A stretch of DNA of 64,000 nucleotides from Octopus vulgaris (Eukaryota). The stretch is from positions 81,220,001-81,284,000 of the forward strand of contig OX597827.1 in assembly GCA_951406725.2 (NCBI GenBank), written 5' to 3'. This document shows, piece by piece, positions 38,280 through 52,490 of this stretch. Position 1 is the stretch's first letter. The number at the start of each line of letters is the position of its first letter. Below the pieces are notes generated by a model. It had not been told where the DNA came from and made no database searches. It saw only the letters and a list, made by a program, of their open reading frames with translations. Both the position numbers and the translations under genes were made by a program.

Positions 38280-39104
38280 TGCCAGAGTTGAAGAAAATCG
38301 GTTACAGCAAGTGAATTGTAAGAAAGGAATTTCAAAATGAAGCATCCATCACATTTTGAAGTCCTGTCTTTGAAAAAGTTACATTCCAAGAATAGTCCAT
38401 TCTCTCAGTGGAGATGATCTAGACTGGAGAATGGAATTTCATGACACTTGGCAAGGTGTGTAGAAGAGGCACACTTTCCAACAAAGATTGTTTTGACTGA
38501 TGAGATTATAGTTCAAGTAAATGGCTCAATTATTCACAACAGTTGAACCTCCTGGGAACCTCAGAATCTGCATATTAGAGAGGAACATCAGGAGTTGCAG
38601 AATAATGCAGCTTATGAATGGAATCGATTAGACCCTTGCTTGTCTTAGAGTACTGTGAGTGATGCCATTTACTTGAACTGTCATGCCAAGCACTCCAGAG
38701 GACTGTGAAGATGTGGATTTATATCTCCAGCAAGACAGGGCAACCTCTCATTACCATAGTAATGTAAGGGCCTTCTTTGATAAGATTTTGTGGACAAAGA
38801 AGTTCAGCACTTTGGGAGTTCACCAGGCCTCCCTCCACTGGACTTTCTTTATGGGAGACACTTAAAAGGTAAGGTTTATAGTAGAGAACTGGCAACAGTC
38901 AATGAAACGAGGGCATCCATTGAATGTATGTAAATCCCAAACAAAATGTTTCTTACCGTTTGCAATTCCATTGCTTTTCATTATCAACAGTGCCTGAGCC
39001 AGGGTGGTCATCAGTTGGAAAATAAGCATCCATAAAAAATGAAATTCTGTCTGTAGATTCTATTAAACTGAAATATGGCTCTACATTCTTGTGGGACACC
39101 CTGT
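38280..39104 (+). mobile_element. Decayed Tc1/mariner-superfamily transposon
   Basis: LYLQQDRATSHYHSNVRAFFD..SPGLPPLDF..LKGKVYS..CLSQGGHQLE; terminus ttgtgggacaccctgt. Confidence 0.7.
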
Positions 39105-39854
39105 CTTCATACTCCTCTCCGCTTCCCTACTTATCTTTCCATTTTTCACTCACCCAATCCAATCCTGTGGACCACTTCACTTATATACAAACATCCCCTA
39201 ATTTGACGGCATACCCTGACACATCTCCACTGTCTTCTCTCTCTCTCTCATCTCTCCCTCCTCCTCCTCCTCCTCATGTAGCCCTGTATCTCCTCCTCTG
39301 ATGCAACAAACCTATTTCTCTCCCTTTCATTATACTTTGACCTCTCATCACAAAGCCACCTCCATCAATACTACTACCCACCCCCAGTTAAGTGTGTGTG
39401 GGGGGGTTCTTGTCCTGTGAATTATTTGGTGGTCTTGCTGCCATGTAAAAGGCACCCAGTACACTCTGTAATGTCGTTTGGGTTCAGATGGGTATTCAGC
39501 CATAGAAACCATGTGTGTGTGTGTGCGTGTGTGCATGCCTTTATTCCTTTATGTATTCCAGCCCAAAGGTTGTGGTCATACTGGAGCACTGCTGTCCCCT
39601 TCTCCATGTTTGCATGCATCAGATGCAATTTGTTGAAGCAGATGTCCTGCAGCCATTCATGCCTTTCATGTTGCCATTTCTCGCCTATTCCCAAGCGAGG
39701 CAATATTTCCCATGGCCAGACATGTTTTTCCATGGACGGCTGGAAACAAACAGCCTCACTTTTATGAAGGTGATGCTCGTTTACAACTATCACGTGATGT
39801 CAGGACACCACTGCTCCCCTTATTTACTCACAATGCACATTCACACACGTTTCC

Positions 39855-40060
39855 CGGGTTGTGTCAAACGTTTCTTCCGTTTTTCACTGAAGATTTTGGC
39901 AACTTGTATCTTCTTAATAAATTTGATCATTTGATGCTACATGTTGTCCATTCATTGCTGGATCAGAGGCCCAGACTGCTGCAGCATGACAATGCCCCAA
40001 CCCACACTGCCAATGTGACCAAGTGCAAACTAGACGGGGTCAATAGTACTGCCTCACTGA
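39855..40060 (+). mobile_element. Short mariner-like fragment
   Basis: RLLQHDNAPTHTANVTKCKL (HDNA.PH motif). Confidence 0.5.
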
Positions 40061-40566
40061 GCCTACACGCCAGGCATAGCATGATCACTTCACCAATTTT
40101 TCTGAGTCACGGCTCATGATAAGGTTGAAAATGGCTGCAAGGAATTTTTACGTCTAAACTAGCCAAATGGTATAAAGCATGGAATTGGGTTTCTAGCCAT
40201 GAGGCTGGCAACAGACAATAGAATATGATAGGATATATTTTCATGAATAAATGTTCTTCTTACATAATTTGTTTGAACTATTAATAAAACATTGAAATAT
40301 GAAAAGACTTTTGACTTAACCTGGTACAAACACACACACACATTGCCTAAATACCAATCTTGAGAACTTAAGCTTCTCAAAACCAGAAAGGAGTAAGCTA
40401 ATTCAAAGACTACACTCCCAATCCATCACTGGAACTGTAAAAATCTGTAAAATTTTCCAGAAGTGTATCATTTAAATATATATGAACATGTCTAGGTATG
40501 TAACTATACGCATGAGAATACATACATAAAACAAAACATACTAATCTGCACACACACATACATATA

Positions 40567-40975
40567 TCATCATCATCATCATCATCATTTAGCGTCCGTT
40601 TTCCATGCTAGCATGGGTTGGACGGTTCTGCCTCGGTCTCTAGTCATTTCCTCAGTGAGACCTAAGGTTCGAAGGTCGTGCTTCACCACCTCGTCCCAGG
40701 TTTTCCTGGGTCTGCCTCTTCCACAGGTTCCCTCAACCGCTAGGGCGTGGCACTTTTTCACACAACTATCTTCATCCATTCTCGCCACATGACCATACCA
40801 GCGCAAACGTCTCTCTTGCACACCACAACTGATGCTTCTTAGGTCCAGCTTTTCTCTCAAGGTACTTACACTCTGCCGAGTGTGAGTACTGACATTACAC
40901 ATCCATCGGAGCATACTGGCTTCATTTCTAGCGAGCTTATGCATATCCTCAGCAGTCACGGCCCATGTTTCACTA
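40567..40975 (-). mobile_element. RTE LINE 3' end with most of the UTR deleted
   Basis: SETWAVTAEDM..RLRWYGHVARMD..RGRPRKTWDEVVKHDL joined directly to the terminal aaaacggacgctaaat(gat)n. Confidence 0.88.
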
Positions 40976-41177
40976 CATGTGTGTGTATATATATATACAC
41001 ACACACACACACATATATATAAATATATACACATATACATACACACACACACACACATATATATAGAATTAAAATCAAAATGTGGGTGAAAAATTTGGAT
41101 ATTAATTAAATGACATCAATTTAAACACCAGTGGTTTAGCGCATAAAAGACTGAGATTCAGTAAATATTATTAATAC

Positions 41178-41308
41178 ACAAATATGAAAGAGAATCCACT
41201 ATGTGGACACTCTTACGCTAAAGAGAGATCCGCATGAGTGGTTGAGACTCATGTGGATCTCTCTTTAGCGTAACAGCATCCACATAGTGGATTCTCTCTC
41301 ATATTTGT
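41178..41308. repeat. Long hairpin (62-bp arms, 7-nt loop)
   Basis: acaaatatgaaagagaatccactatgtgga..gatccgcatgagt, loop ggttgag, then actcatgtggatc..tccacatagtggattctctctcatatttgt. Confidence 0.85.
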
Positions 41309-41400
41309 ATATAGATAGATGATAGGCTTCTTTCAGTTTCCATCCATAAATCCATTCACAAGGCTTTGTTTGGCCTGGTATTATAGTAGACACTTGCCCA

Positions 41401-43062
41401 GGAGGCTGCATCAGGCTCCAGTCTGATCTGGCAGTGTTTCTACAGCTGGATGCCCTTCCTAACGCCAACCACTCCGTGAGTGTAGTGGGTGCTTTTTATG
41501 TGCCAGGGGAGGCTGGCAATGGCCACGATTGGTTGTCAAGGCAGCACTGGCATCGGCCACATTCGGATGGTGCCTTTTACATGCCACTGGCACAGGTATC
41601 ACAACTACAATTTCCATTTGATGTTGATGTACTTGACACAATAGGCCCCCTCAAGCACAGCAGGTTGCCCTACGATCCAAGGTAACCATAGTAGGTACTT
41701 TGGATGGGCTGGGCAGGAAACAGCCATGAACTCACGTTATTTGTCGAGTCTTTGCAGTCACAGCATATCTCCAGATGTCTCGCTCTTCCGTCATTGCCTC
41801 TGTGAGACCCAACGTTTGAAGGTCATGCTTGACCACCTCATCCCATGTCTTCCTGGGTCTACCTCTTCCCCGGATTCCTTCAACTGTTTGGCAGTGGCAC
41901 TTCTTCACACATCTCTCCTCATCCATCCGTAGTACATGACCATGCCAGTGCATGCCACATGTAATGCTTCTTATATCCAGCATTTCTCTCAGGGTGCTTA
42001 CACTCTGTCGTGCATGGACACTGACGTTACACATCCAGCGGATCATGCTAGCTTCATTTCTTTCAAGCCTACGCATGTCCTCTGCAGTGACAGCCCATGT
42101 TTCACTATTGTGAAGCATGGCTGTTCGCACACATGCGTCATACAATCTACCTTTTACTCTGAGTGAGAGACCCTTTGTCACCAGTAGGGGTAGGAGCTTT
42201 CTAAACTTTACCCAGATATTCTTATTCTAGTGGTAACATTCTCTGAGCATCCACCTCCACTACTAACTTGGTCACCTAGGTAGCAGAAACTATCAACTAC
42301 TTCTAGTTTCTCCCTCAGGAGTGTGATGGAATCTGTTTTCTGAGTATCTGTGGTGTTTATTGCCCCTTTGCATCTGCTGCACATGAAAGCTATCTTCTCG
42401 ATTAATTTTCCTTTGATATTGCTGCACCTCTTATGTGTCCATAGCTTACACTGGATACATCTTAAGGAGCTTCTACCTACACCTTTTCTACAGATTGAGC
42501 AGGGCCACCTACCTGAAGGGGTGTGTGGTGAGTTTGCCTTCCTACTTACTAGAACTTTGGTCTTTGCTACATTGACTCTAAGGTCTTTTGATTCTAACCC
42601 TTGCTTCCACACCCGAAATTTCTTTTCTAGTTCCAGTAGTGATTCTGCTATGAGGGCCAGGTCATCAGCATAGAGGAGCTCCCAGAGGCACCCCGTCTTG
42701 AATTCCTCCCTTATTTCCTAAGGGAAGCTGAGGGCTGAACCTTGGTGGACCCCTACTTCTACCTGGAATTCTTCCCTATACTCATTGCCAATCCTCAGTT
42801 TCCGCATCACCCACCAGATAAGGGATTGGGGGACCCTGTTAAAGGCTTTCTCCAAGTCCACAAAAGCTATGTAGAGGGGTTTATCTTTAGCTAGGTATTT
42901 CTCCTGCAGTTGTCGAACCAGGAATATGGCATCAGTGGTGCTTCTACCCAGGCACAAAACCGAACTGCATCTCATCTAAGCAGACTTTCTCCCTAATGAG
43001 ATGGGCTATGACCCTCTCTGTGACCTTCATCACCTGATCCAACAGTTTAATACCCCTGTAGT

Positions 43063-43063
<1 letters not shown>
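41401..43063 (-). mobile_element. RTE LINE fragment: RT core, PHD-like finger, C-terminus and 3' UTR
   Basis: NYRGIKLL..QFGFVPGRSTTDAIF..FVDLEKAF..GVHQGSALS..YADDLAL..VNVAKTK..CSIC..CIQC..H..C..CSRC..YLGDQV..RGRPRKTW; frameshifts and deletions present. Confidence 0.92.
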
Positions 43064-43094
<31 letters not shown>

Positions 43095-43184
43095 TATATA
43101 CACAAACATATACATATATATACATACAAGTGTATATGTGTTTGTGTGTGTGTATGCATGTATATATACATGTATTTTTTTTTC

Positions 43185-43390
43185 TACTCTAGGCACAAGG
43201 CCCAAAATTTTGGGTGAGGAGCCAGTCGATTACATCGACTCCAGTATGTAACTGGTACTTAATTTATCGATCCTGAAATGATGAAAGGCAAAGCCGACCT
43301 CGAAGGAATTTGAACTCAGAACACAAAGACAGACGAAATAGCGCTAAGCATTTCACCTGGTATGCTAACGTTTCTGCCAGCTTGCTGCCT
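43185..43390 (-). mobile_element. SINE family A
   Basis: aggcacaaggcc..gtcgattacatcgac..gaatttgaactcagaac..tttctgccagcttgctgcc. Confidence 0.85.
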
Positions 43391-43818
43391 TATATGTGTG
43401 TGTGTGTGTATATATATATATACACACACATACACACACACATATATATATATACAAATATGTATATATATACACATATATATATATACATATATATATA
43501 CATATACATACATACATACATATATATATATGTTTATGCTTTCCAGTTTCAGCTCTTGAGCTGTGGCCATGCTGGGGCACACACACAAAATGTCTTGATA
43601 TAAAGATATATATCCATGCATGAATTCCTCTTTGTGCGTGTGTGTGTGTATGTATATCTGCATAGCAGTGTTCATGTATGATTATGTGGGAGCTCCATGT
43701 GGCATGGTCAGTCTCTTGATTCACATGGTAACATGTGGTCATTGTATGAAGAGGCAACGAACAGGGTTTAGCTGCAAGCTTTCACTTTGGCACACCCGGC
43801 AGACACACGCACACACAT

Positions 43819-43865
<47 letters not shown>

Positions 43866-44163
43866 TGCACATGCACATATGAGCACATGCATGTGTTTGT
43901 GTACTTTTCTATAAACATACAAACACGTGCACTTACAAATGTGTGTGTCCTGCTACATACACACATACAAAAATATACATACACATATATACATGTATAC
44001 ACATACACACAGACATATATGTATGCATGCATGTATACATATCTGTCTATCTATCTATCCCTCTCTCTCTCTCTTTCTATCTACCTGTCTGTCTATCATC
44101 AATTTAGCTATCCATCTATCTATCTCTATCTATCTATAATTATCTCTCTCTCTCTATCTTTTT

Positions 44164-44224
<61 letters not shown>

Positions 44225-44313
44225 AGTTATCAATCTCTCTATCTACTTGTCTGCCTATCTATCTGTCTGTCTGTCTCTCAGTCTCTCTCTCTATCTATCT
44301 ATCTATCTATCTA

Positions 44314-44347
<34 letters not shown>

Positions 44348-44879
44348 AATGTGTCTTATATGTGAGGTGGTGAGTTGCCTCAGTCATCATTAGGTCAACT
44401 TTGCCTTTCATCCTTTCAGGGTCAATAGAATAACGTAGCAGTCAGATGGAGAGATTGATGAAATCACCTTGCCCCTCCCCTCAAAACTGCTGTCCTTGAA
44501 CCCTGCGATGGGAAGACATCCCACTTAAGAGAAATGCCGATTCCAGTCAGTTATGGACCATGGAATGATGGAAGCTAGCTAAATGGTTTGCGGAGTTTCA
44601 GGGAACAAGAAGAGAAAAAAAGGATCACATGTAGACACACATCATACACACACTCACACACACCATACACACACTCACTCACACACATACATATATGTTC
44701 AAAAACATGAAATATTTAATGAAAACCCTTAATCTACTGTCAAGCCTCAGCACACATATATGCAAATTTATATACACATTTTATGTATACAGGTATACTC
44801 ATATATAGGTATATACATGCATACATGAACCATATATGTTGCTACATATTGGTACATATATACATTATGAGCATGTGTG

Positions 44880-44925
<46 letters not shown>

Positions 44926-44968
44926 TATATATATACATATATATACGTACATACATAAACATATGTAC

Positions 44969-45005
<37 letters not shown>

Positions 45006-45065
45006 TATATATATACACATATATATATATACATATATATATATATACATATATCTACACACACA

Positions 45066-45140
<75 letters not shown>

Positions 45141-45695
45141 GCATATACGTATAATTGTATATACATATACACTCAACACATATGCACACCATCCCGGATG
45201 CATAAATGCGCATGCACACACGCACACACACACACATAAATAGCAAATATAAACAGAGTTACACTAACACACCTTAACATAGCAATCCAAGAGCATGCAC
45301 AGTGACACACACACACACAAACATAATTCTACACATGTATACACGCATACATGTGCAATGCCACTCCCTGATATAAACACCAAAAGAATCAGGAATATTT
45401 TTGTATTAAGACCATGTAGTAACGTGAACACACTAACGCATATGCAGCCTCACACACACATACACATGCACACGCATACACATTCCCATAGCTGAACAGA
45501 TTTAAAGTACAGGATGGTGCAGAAAGGTGCAGTGTGTGTGAGAGACACAACAAAACAGCCACACAAACACACACGTACACATGCACACATATATACACAC
45601 GCACACACCATCATATGAACAGATACAATAACAAACACATACATGAAGTTATATACATACAAACATATACACATACATGCATATATATATATATA

Positions 45696-45785
<90 letters not shown>

Positions 45786-47011
45786 AGCAAACAGCCACTC
45801 AAACACATACATACACATACACACATATATACACACACACACACACCATCATATAAACAGACAGATACAATAACACATACATGAAGTTATATACATACAT
45901 AGATACATACATATATATATATATATATGCTAACAGCCACTCAAACACACAGACACAGTAACACACAACTACACATGCATCCAGTTACATACACATACAC
46001 ACAAACACAGAGCCATCTGTACACACAGACAAAGTAGCACGCATGTAAACACACAGCCATCTGCACATAAACCTACAGACACACACACACACATGCAGAG
46101 CCGTTCATACACACACAGACACACGCACACGGAGCCATCCGCACGCACAGACACAAAGCTAACGTGAAACTGCATCAGTGTGCAGTGTGCCGTGTGCTGT
46201 GCACAACAGAGCATCGCTCCGACCAAAACTAGGGATTGTCATTCGAAACCCATCAACAGTAACACTACAAAACGTGTAAGTATACAAGCTTTTTATGCAT
46301 CCACTTCTCCCAGTCTTTCATTTTATATACACACCTACTTAAATACATGTAAACATATATACAAACATACTTTACTCAACATATTGTGATAGTAAACATG
46401 TATACATATGGTTGTTGAAGTATGTGTGTATATGTGAGTTTGTTGTCATGTGTGCGTATAGCAGACATATGTTACCGGCTGTATATAAATGACACACCTG
46501 CTGGGTGTATATGAATGATGTGAACGATATCAATGCATATATGCATGCTATATTGGAGTGTGTATATATGTATATATGTATATTAATGTAAATATCTTTA
46601 TGTGTGTGTAGTGGGGTCTCAGTATGTTTGTTTGCAGGAGTCTGCAAAACATACATATGGTACGGTTATGCACGTGTATATGATTGTACACATGTAATGT
46701 GCTGCATGCATTTATATAGGCATGCACAGTAGCATGCATGCATATACATATGTATGTGGATATAACATTTGGACATTAAATGATGATGATGATGATGATG
46801 ATGATAGATACATATTCTTGTATACATCTATGTGTATATATATATATATATATTTATATATACATCTATGTGTGTATATATATATATATTTATATCTATG
46901 TGTATATATATATATACACACATACACACACACACACATATATATATATGCATATATACATACTACATATGCCTATTTGTAAATTTTTTAAGCCATAAGC
47001 TTTTACATAGA

Positions 47012-47087
<76 letters not shown>

Positions 47088-48566
47088 TGTGTTTGTGTGT
47101 GTGTGTATGTATATATGCACACACACACACATACATATATGGACCATATGTGTGTGCATGCACACACACACTCACAAAGACAAGCAGACACATATAGATA
47201 TATATACTTACATATATATACACAACAAAATGCATGAATATAAAGTTTATAAATTTTCTATGAATAACAATCTTCTGTAAATGAAAAAATATATGTGTGT
47301 GAATGTGTGCACACGCACACACTCAAACATACACTCACACACACACACACCTTTATATTACATATGTGTGTTGGTGTATCTATATGTGAATGCACATTAT
47401 ATATCTATATATCTATATATGTATTTATATATGTATATGTTGGCATATGCGTTCAAACATCTGTGTTAAGGTATGTGCTTATGTGTGTTGTATATGTCTG
47501 CATGTATATGCTCTTTATGTGTGACTCTGTGTATGTGTGTATTTATACATATATATATATATATATATATGAATATGCATGTATATGTGTGTGTGTATGT
47601 ATGTGAGCATATATATATATATGTACGTATGTATGTGTGTGTGTGTGTGTACATATATATATGTATGCATATGTATGTACGTATGTATGTGTGTGTGTGT
47701 ATGAGTGTGTGAACATGCAACTATGCACCCACAGACACATAGGTATATGAACATGTGCACATTTATACATGCTAACATACTGTATGTACATGGTAGATAT
47801 TCAAAGATGACCATGTGTATATGCATACACACGTAAATATATATTTGTGTGTGTGTATATATATATATATACATATATATATATACACGTATGTGTGTGT
47901 ATATATGTGTATGTGTGTATATATATGTGTATGTGTGTGTATGCATATATATATGTAGAGAGAGAAAGAAAGAGAGAGAGAGAGAGATACACCTCTATAA
48001 AATTGAATATATACCCATATGCATGGTGATATACACACCATATGTATGTAGCATATAGACAACCAGATGTTGACATCAGTGTTACATTGATGGTGATGAT
48101 GATGATGATGATGGTGATCATCATCATCATGGTGATGCTGATGGCAGTGATGATGATGATGATGATGATGGTGGTGGTGATGGTGGTGGTGGTGGTGGGG
48201 TGATGAGTCTTCTGTTTACATGTGTATTGTAAGAATGAATGAGTCTATGAGTTCATATGTGTCTGCCTATTCTATCTGTCTGTCTATATCTCTACCTACC
48301 TACCCACCTACCTACCCACCTATCTACCCACCCATATGTCTATATATCTGTATGTATATATGATTGCCTGTATATTTACAACTACACCCATATGGTCATC
48401 TTTTTGATATACACTGATTAGATATCCTTGTGGTCACATCTCAATAAATCTAATTAAACTAGACTAACACAGAGAACTCACCTTTTTCATTATTATTATT
48501 GTTATTATTATTATTATCATTATTATGGTTGCTTTGTTGTTGTTCTTCTTATTATCATTATTATTG

Positions 48567-48622
<56 letters not shown>

Positions 48623-49141
48623 GTTATTATTATTATCATCATCATTATTGTTGTTGTTCTTCTTCTTCTTCTTATCATCATCATCATCATTGTTGTGGTT
48701 GTTGTTGTTGTTAGTAAAGAATCAAGTGATGATAATTACACTTGCCTTTCACTTCAAGTTCCCCCTCCCCCACCGCCACTCCCTCGCTAATACTATCCCT
48801 GTTACTCTCCCCCACCAACTCCCTCTCCCAACAATAAACTTGTGTCTCTCTTCAGCCTACAACTGCTTTGGCCCTTGAACACCCACCCAACCCATTCTTG
48901 CATGGAAATTGGGCATAAAATGATGATCACACACATATATTTGGCTATATATATGTGTGTATATATATATGTGTGTGTGTGTGTATAAGTGTATCTCTGT
49001 CTATCTCATTCTTTCTCTCCCTCCCTCCTTCTCTCCCCCTCTCTCTCTATATATATTGAGAGGCAGATACACAGACAGACAGACAAATAGTTAGATAGAT
49101 AAATTGATAGATAGATAGATAGATAGATAGAGAGAGAGATA

Positions 49142-49187
<46 letters not shown>

Positions 49188-49194
49188 GAGAGAG

Positions 49195-49233
<39 letters not shown>

Positions 49234-49292
49234 CAGAGAGATAGATAGATAGACATACAAAGAGACATAGATAGATAGAAAGATAGACAGAT

Positions 49293-49347
<55 letters not shown>

Positions 49348-49532
49348 ATAGATACACTGATAGATAGATAGACATATATATATATATACAGAGAGAGAGA
49401 GAGAGAGAGATAGATAGACAGAGAGATAGATAGACATACAAAGAGACATAGATAGAGAGATAGAAAGATAGACAGATGATAGATAGATAGATAGATAGAT
49501 AGACAGGCAGACAGATAGATAGACAGATAGGT

Positions 49533-49563
<31 letters not shown>

Positions 49564-49572
49564 TAGATAGAC

Positions 49573-49608
<36 letters not shown>

Positions 49609-49700
49609 GGATAGACAAACAGACAGACAGATAGACGGACAGACAGACAGACAGACAGATAAATAGATAGAGGAGATAGATAGATAGATAGGTATATATG
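43390..49700. repeat. Large compound microsatellite / low-complexity field: (TA)n, (CA)n, (TATC)n, (TTA)n, (GAT)n
   Basis: Direct reading; explains the YI/HT/CV/LSIY pseudo-ORFs. Confidence 0.9.
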
Positions 49701-50314
49701 CATGAATGTCTGTGTCTCTGGTGTAAACAAGTCTCACTGTCATACAAGCAGGATCATCTGTTTCCAGAGCTGTCTGGAAGAGATGTCTAGTCATGGGGAA
49801 ATATTGCCTTACTTGGAAACAGGTGAAAGATGGTCGCAAGAGGGGCATCCAGCTGTAACGAAACTCTCTCTCAAGGAATTCTGTCTGATCTGAATGAGTA
49901 TAGGAAATGTGGATTTGAAATTGATGATGATGATGATGACGATGACGACAATGATGATGTTATACCATCTACTGGTGAAAGACCAAAATGTTGGATGAAG
50001 GCATTGAGCCTCTTCCATAAACCACCACCACCACCACCTCCACCGCTGACACCACCACCACCATGCATCACTGCCGCGGCGACCACCACCACTGCTGCCG
50101 CCATCATCCACCATCGCTGCTGCTGCAGCTCTGTCCTCACCACTGCCACCCCCACCATCACCCATTATCATCAACAATTAGAAGATGATTGAGGTTGAAG
50201 CCGGGGTCACCTTCTTGGCCCCGCTACTTCAGCCATTTGCATTGTTTGTTGGTCATCAAGTGGGATGATCAATCACCAATATTGATATCCAGACTCTAAT
50301 AAGACAGGATTAGC

Positions 50315-50460
50315 ACAGGGGTTAGGAAGCTTGCTTCCCAACCACATGGTCCTGGGTTCAACCCCACTGTGCGACACCTTGGGCAAGTGCCTTCTACTGT
50401 AGCAGTGGGCCAACCAAATCTGTCTGAGTCTGTTGTGTGTGTGTATATATATATATTTAC

Positions 50461-50501
<41 letters not shown>

Positions 50502-50700
50502 TCTTTGTGTCTGTGTTTGTCCCCCTCCACTGGTTTTGGTTTATTTACATTCCTCTAACTTAGCAGTTCAGCATAAGAGACTGATACAATAAGCACCAGG
50601 CTCATATATTAAAAAAGCGCTGGTAACAACTGCTTCAACTAAAAAGTCTTTAAGGCGGTGCCACAGCATGGCCACAGTCTAATAACTGAAATAAACGATC
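50315..50700 (+). mobile_element. SINE family B
   Basis: aagcttgcttcccaaccacatggtcctgggttcaaccccactg..taaggcggtgccacagcatggccacagtc. Confidence 0.75.
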
Positions 50701-50992
50701 AAAGATACACACACCCACATATACTGACACACAGAGGTAAGCAGAGGCGAGTTACTGCCATCTCTAGCTGACAAGGTGTCCAGTACTGAAAACAGGCAGA
50801 AATAGCCCAAAACCAGGCTGGTCTGTTGGCCCCATCGCCAGAAGGTGGAAGGGGTTTGCTTCTCTGCTTGCAATATATCAGATGCTGCTGTATATTGCAA
50901 ACCAGTTAGGGGAGATATCCTCTTAGGGTTAAAAAAATTGCAATAAAGTCTGTTTGAGTGGACAGCCATGCTGAAGTGGCCAAGAACATTAC

Positions 50993-51030
<38 letters not shown>

Positions 51031-51034
<4 letters not shown>

Positions 51035-51634
51035 CGGGAAGGTTTATGAAAATAAACAAAAGACGAAGGCAGGTGGAGTACAAACAAATAATGTATTAGT
51101 ATGGCACTCAGGGATAGAAATAAAACAAGTCTTTTACGTTTCGAGCCTACGCTCTTCGACAGAAAGATACACAGAAAGAAACAAGGAGAGAAAAAAATTC
51201 CGTGTAGGGGCTAACGATTCAACATAGTCAACAAGAGAGACAGAGAGAGGCAGAAACAAGGAAAATGCCCCTTGTATTTGAATACTATGCGAATATTCTT
51301 TTAAAAAACTTTTCATTTAATTTTACCAAAATTTAATTGTTTTCCATTCTGAGAGTTGAAAAAAGTCTCCATGACTGAAACAGATACTAAAATGCTTTTT
51401 ATGATAAAATTATTTTAGCATTTTCTACCTTGACTTTTTTTCCATATATATATATATATGTGATAGATCACTAGCCACTACAGATTCTTTATTTTCTCTC
51501 CTTGTTCCTTTCTGTGGAGGAGCATAGGTTTACAACTTTAAAGACCTTTTCACTTCCTGAGCGTTAAACTAATACATCTGTTTGTTGTCTACACCACCTG
51601 TCTTCATCTTTTGCTTTTTTTTGTGAATTCTCCC

Positions 51635-51640
<6 letters not shown>
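51031..51640. mobile_element. Inverted pair of a ~190-bp element (51031-51225 minus; ~51462-51640 plus) with hammerhead-like motif
   Basis: The two copies are diverged reverse complements (aaacaaggagagaaaa / ttttctctccttgtt; caggtgg..acaaaca..tgtattagt / actaataca..tgtttgt..ccacctg). Motif at 51130-51167. Confidence 0.7.
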
Positions 51641-51671
<31 letters not shown>

Positions 51672-51979
51672 GGGGGGGAAAGAAAAAGAAAATGGAGATT
51701 GTGAAGTTAAATATTTATTATTAACAACAAATCAATCATTATCAGTTATGAGACTAACATAACCTCTAATCGAATTTTATACACACACACACATATATAT
51801 ATAGCTAAAGAATTAAAATTATATTAATTATAAGGGCACGTTAAAGGTCTACCCACTAGAAATAAGAGTCAAAACCCTTATTTGGACCACCCCAAAAATA
51901 TACACTGAAAACAACAGATTCAGTGGTATGCTATCAGACCGAAAAAATTGCCTTTGATAATAACAGAAATATTCACTTC

Positions 51980-52039
<60 letters not shown>

Positions 52040-52074
52040 TACACATGCATACAAATATGTATGTATATATTTTT

Positions 52075-52490
52075 TCTCCTCTGGGCACAAGGCCTGAAAT
52101 TTTGGGGGAGGGGGCCAGCTATATGCAGCTGGTACTTAATTCATCGACCCTAAAAATGACAAAAGGCAAAATCGACCTTGGTGGAATTTGAACTCAGAAC
52201 ACAAAGACAGATGAAATACCTATTTCTTTACTACCCACAAGGGGCTAAACACAGAGGGGACAAACAAGGACAGACAAACGGATTAAGTCGATTACATCGA
52301 CCCCACCAGTGCGTAACTGGTACTTAATTTATCGACTCCCCAGTGCGTAACTGGTACTTAATTTATCGACCCCAAAAGGATGAAAGGCAAAGTCGATCTC
52401 AGCAGAATTTGAACTGAGAACATAAAGATAGACAAAATACGGCTACACATTTTGCCTGGCGCACAAACATTTCTGCCAGCTCACTGCCTT
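52075..52490 (-). mobile_element. Two adjacent or nested SINE family A copies, one with internal duplication
   Basis: ccagtgcgtaactggtacttaatttatcgac is repeated in tandem at ~52306 and ~52340. Confidence 0.8.
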
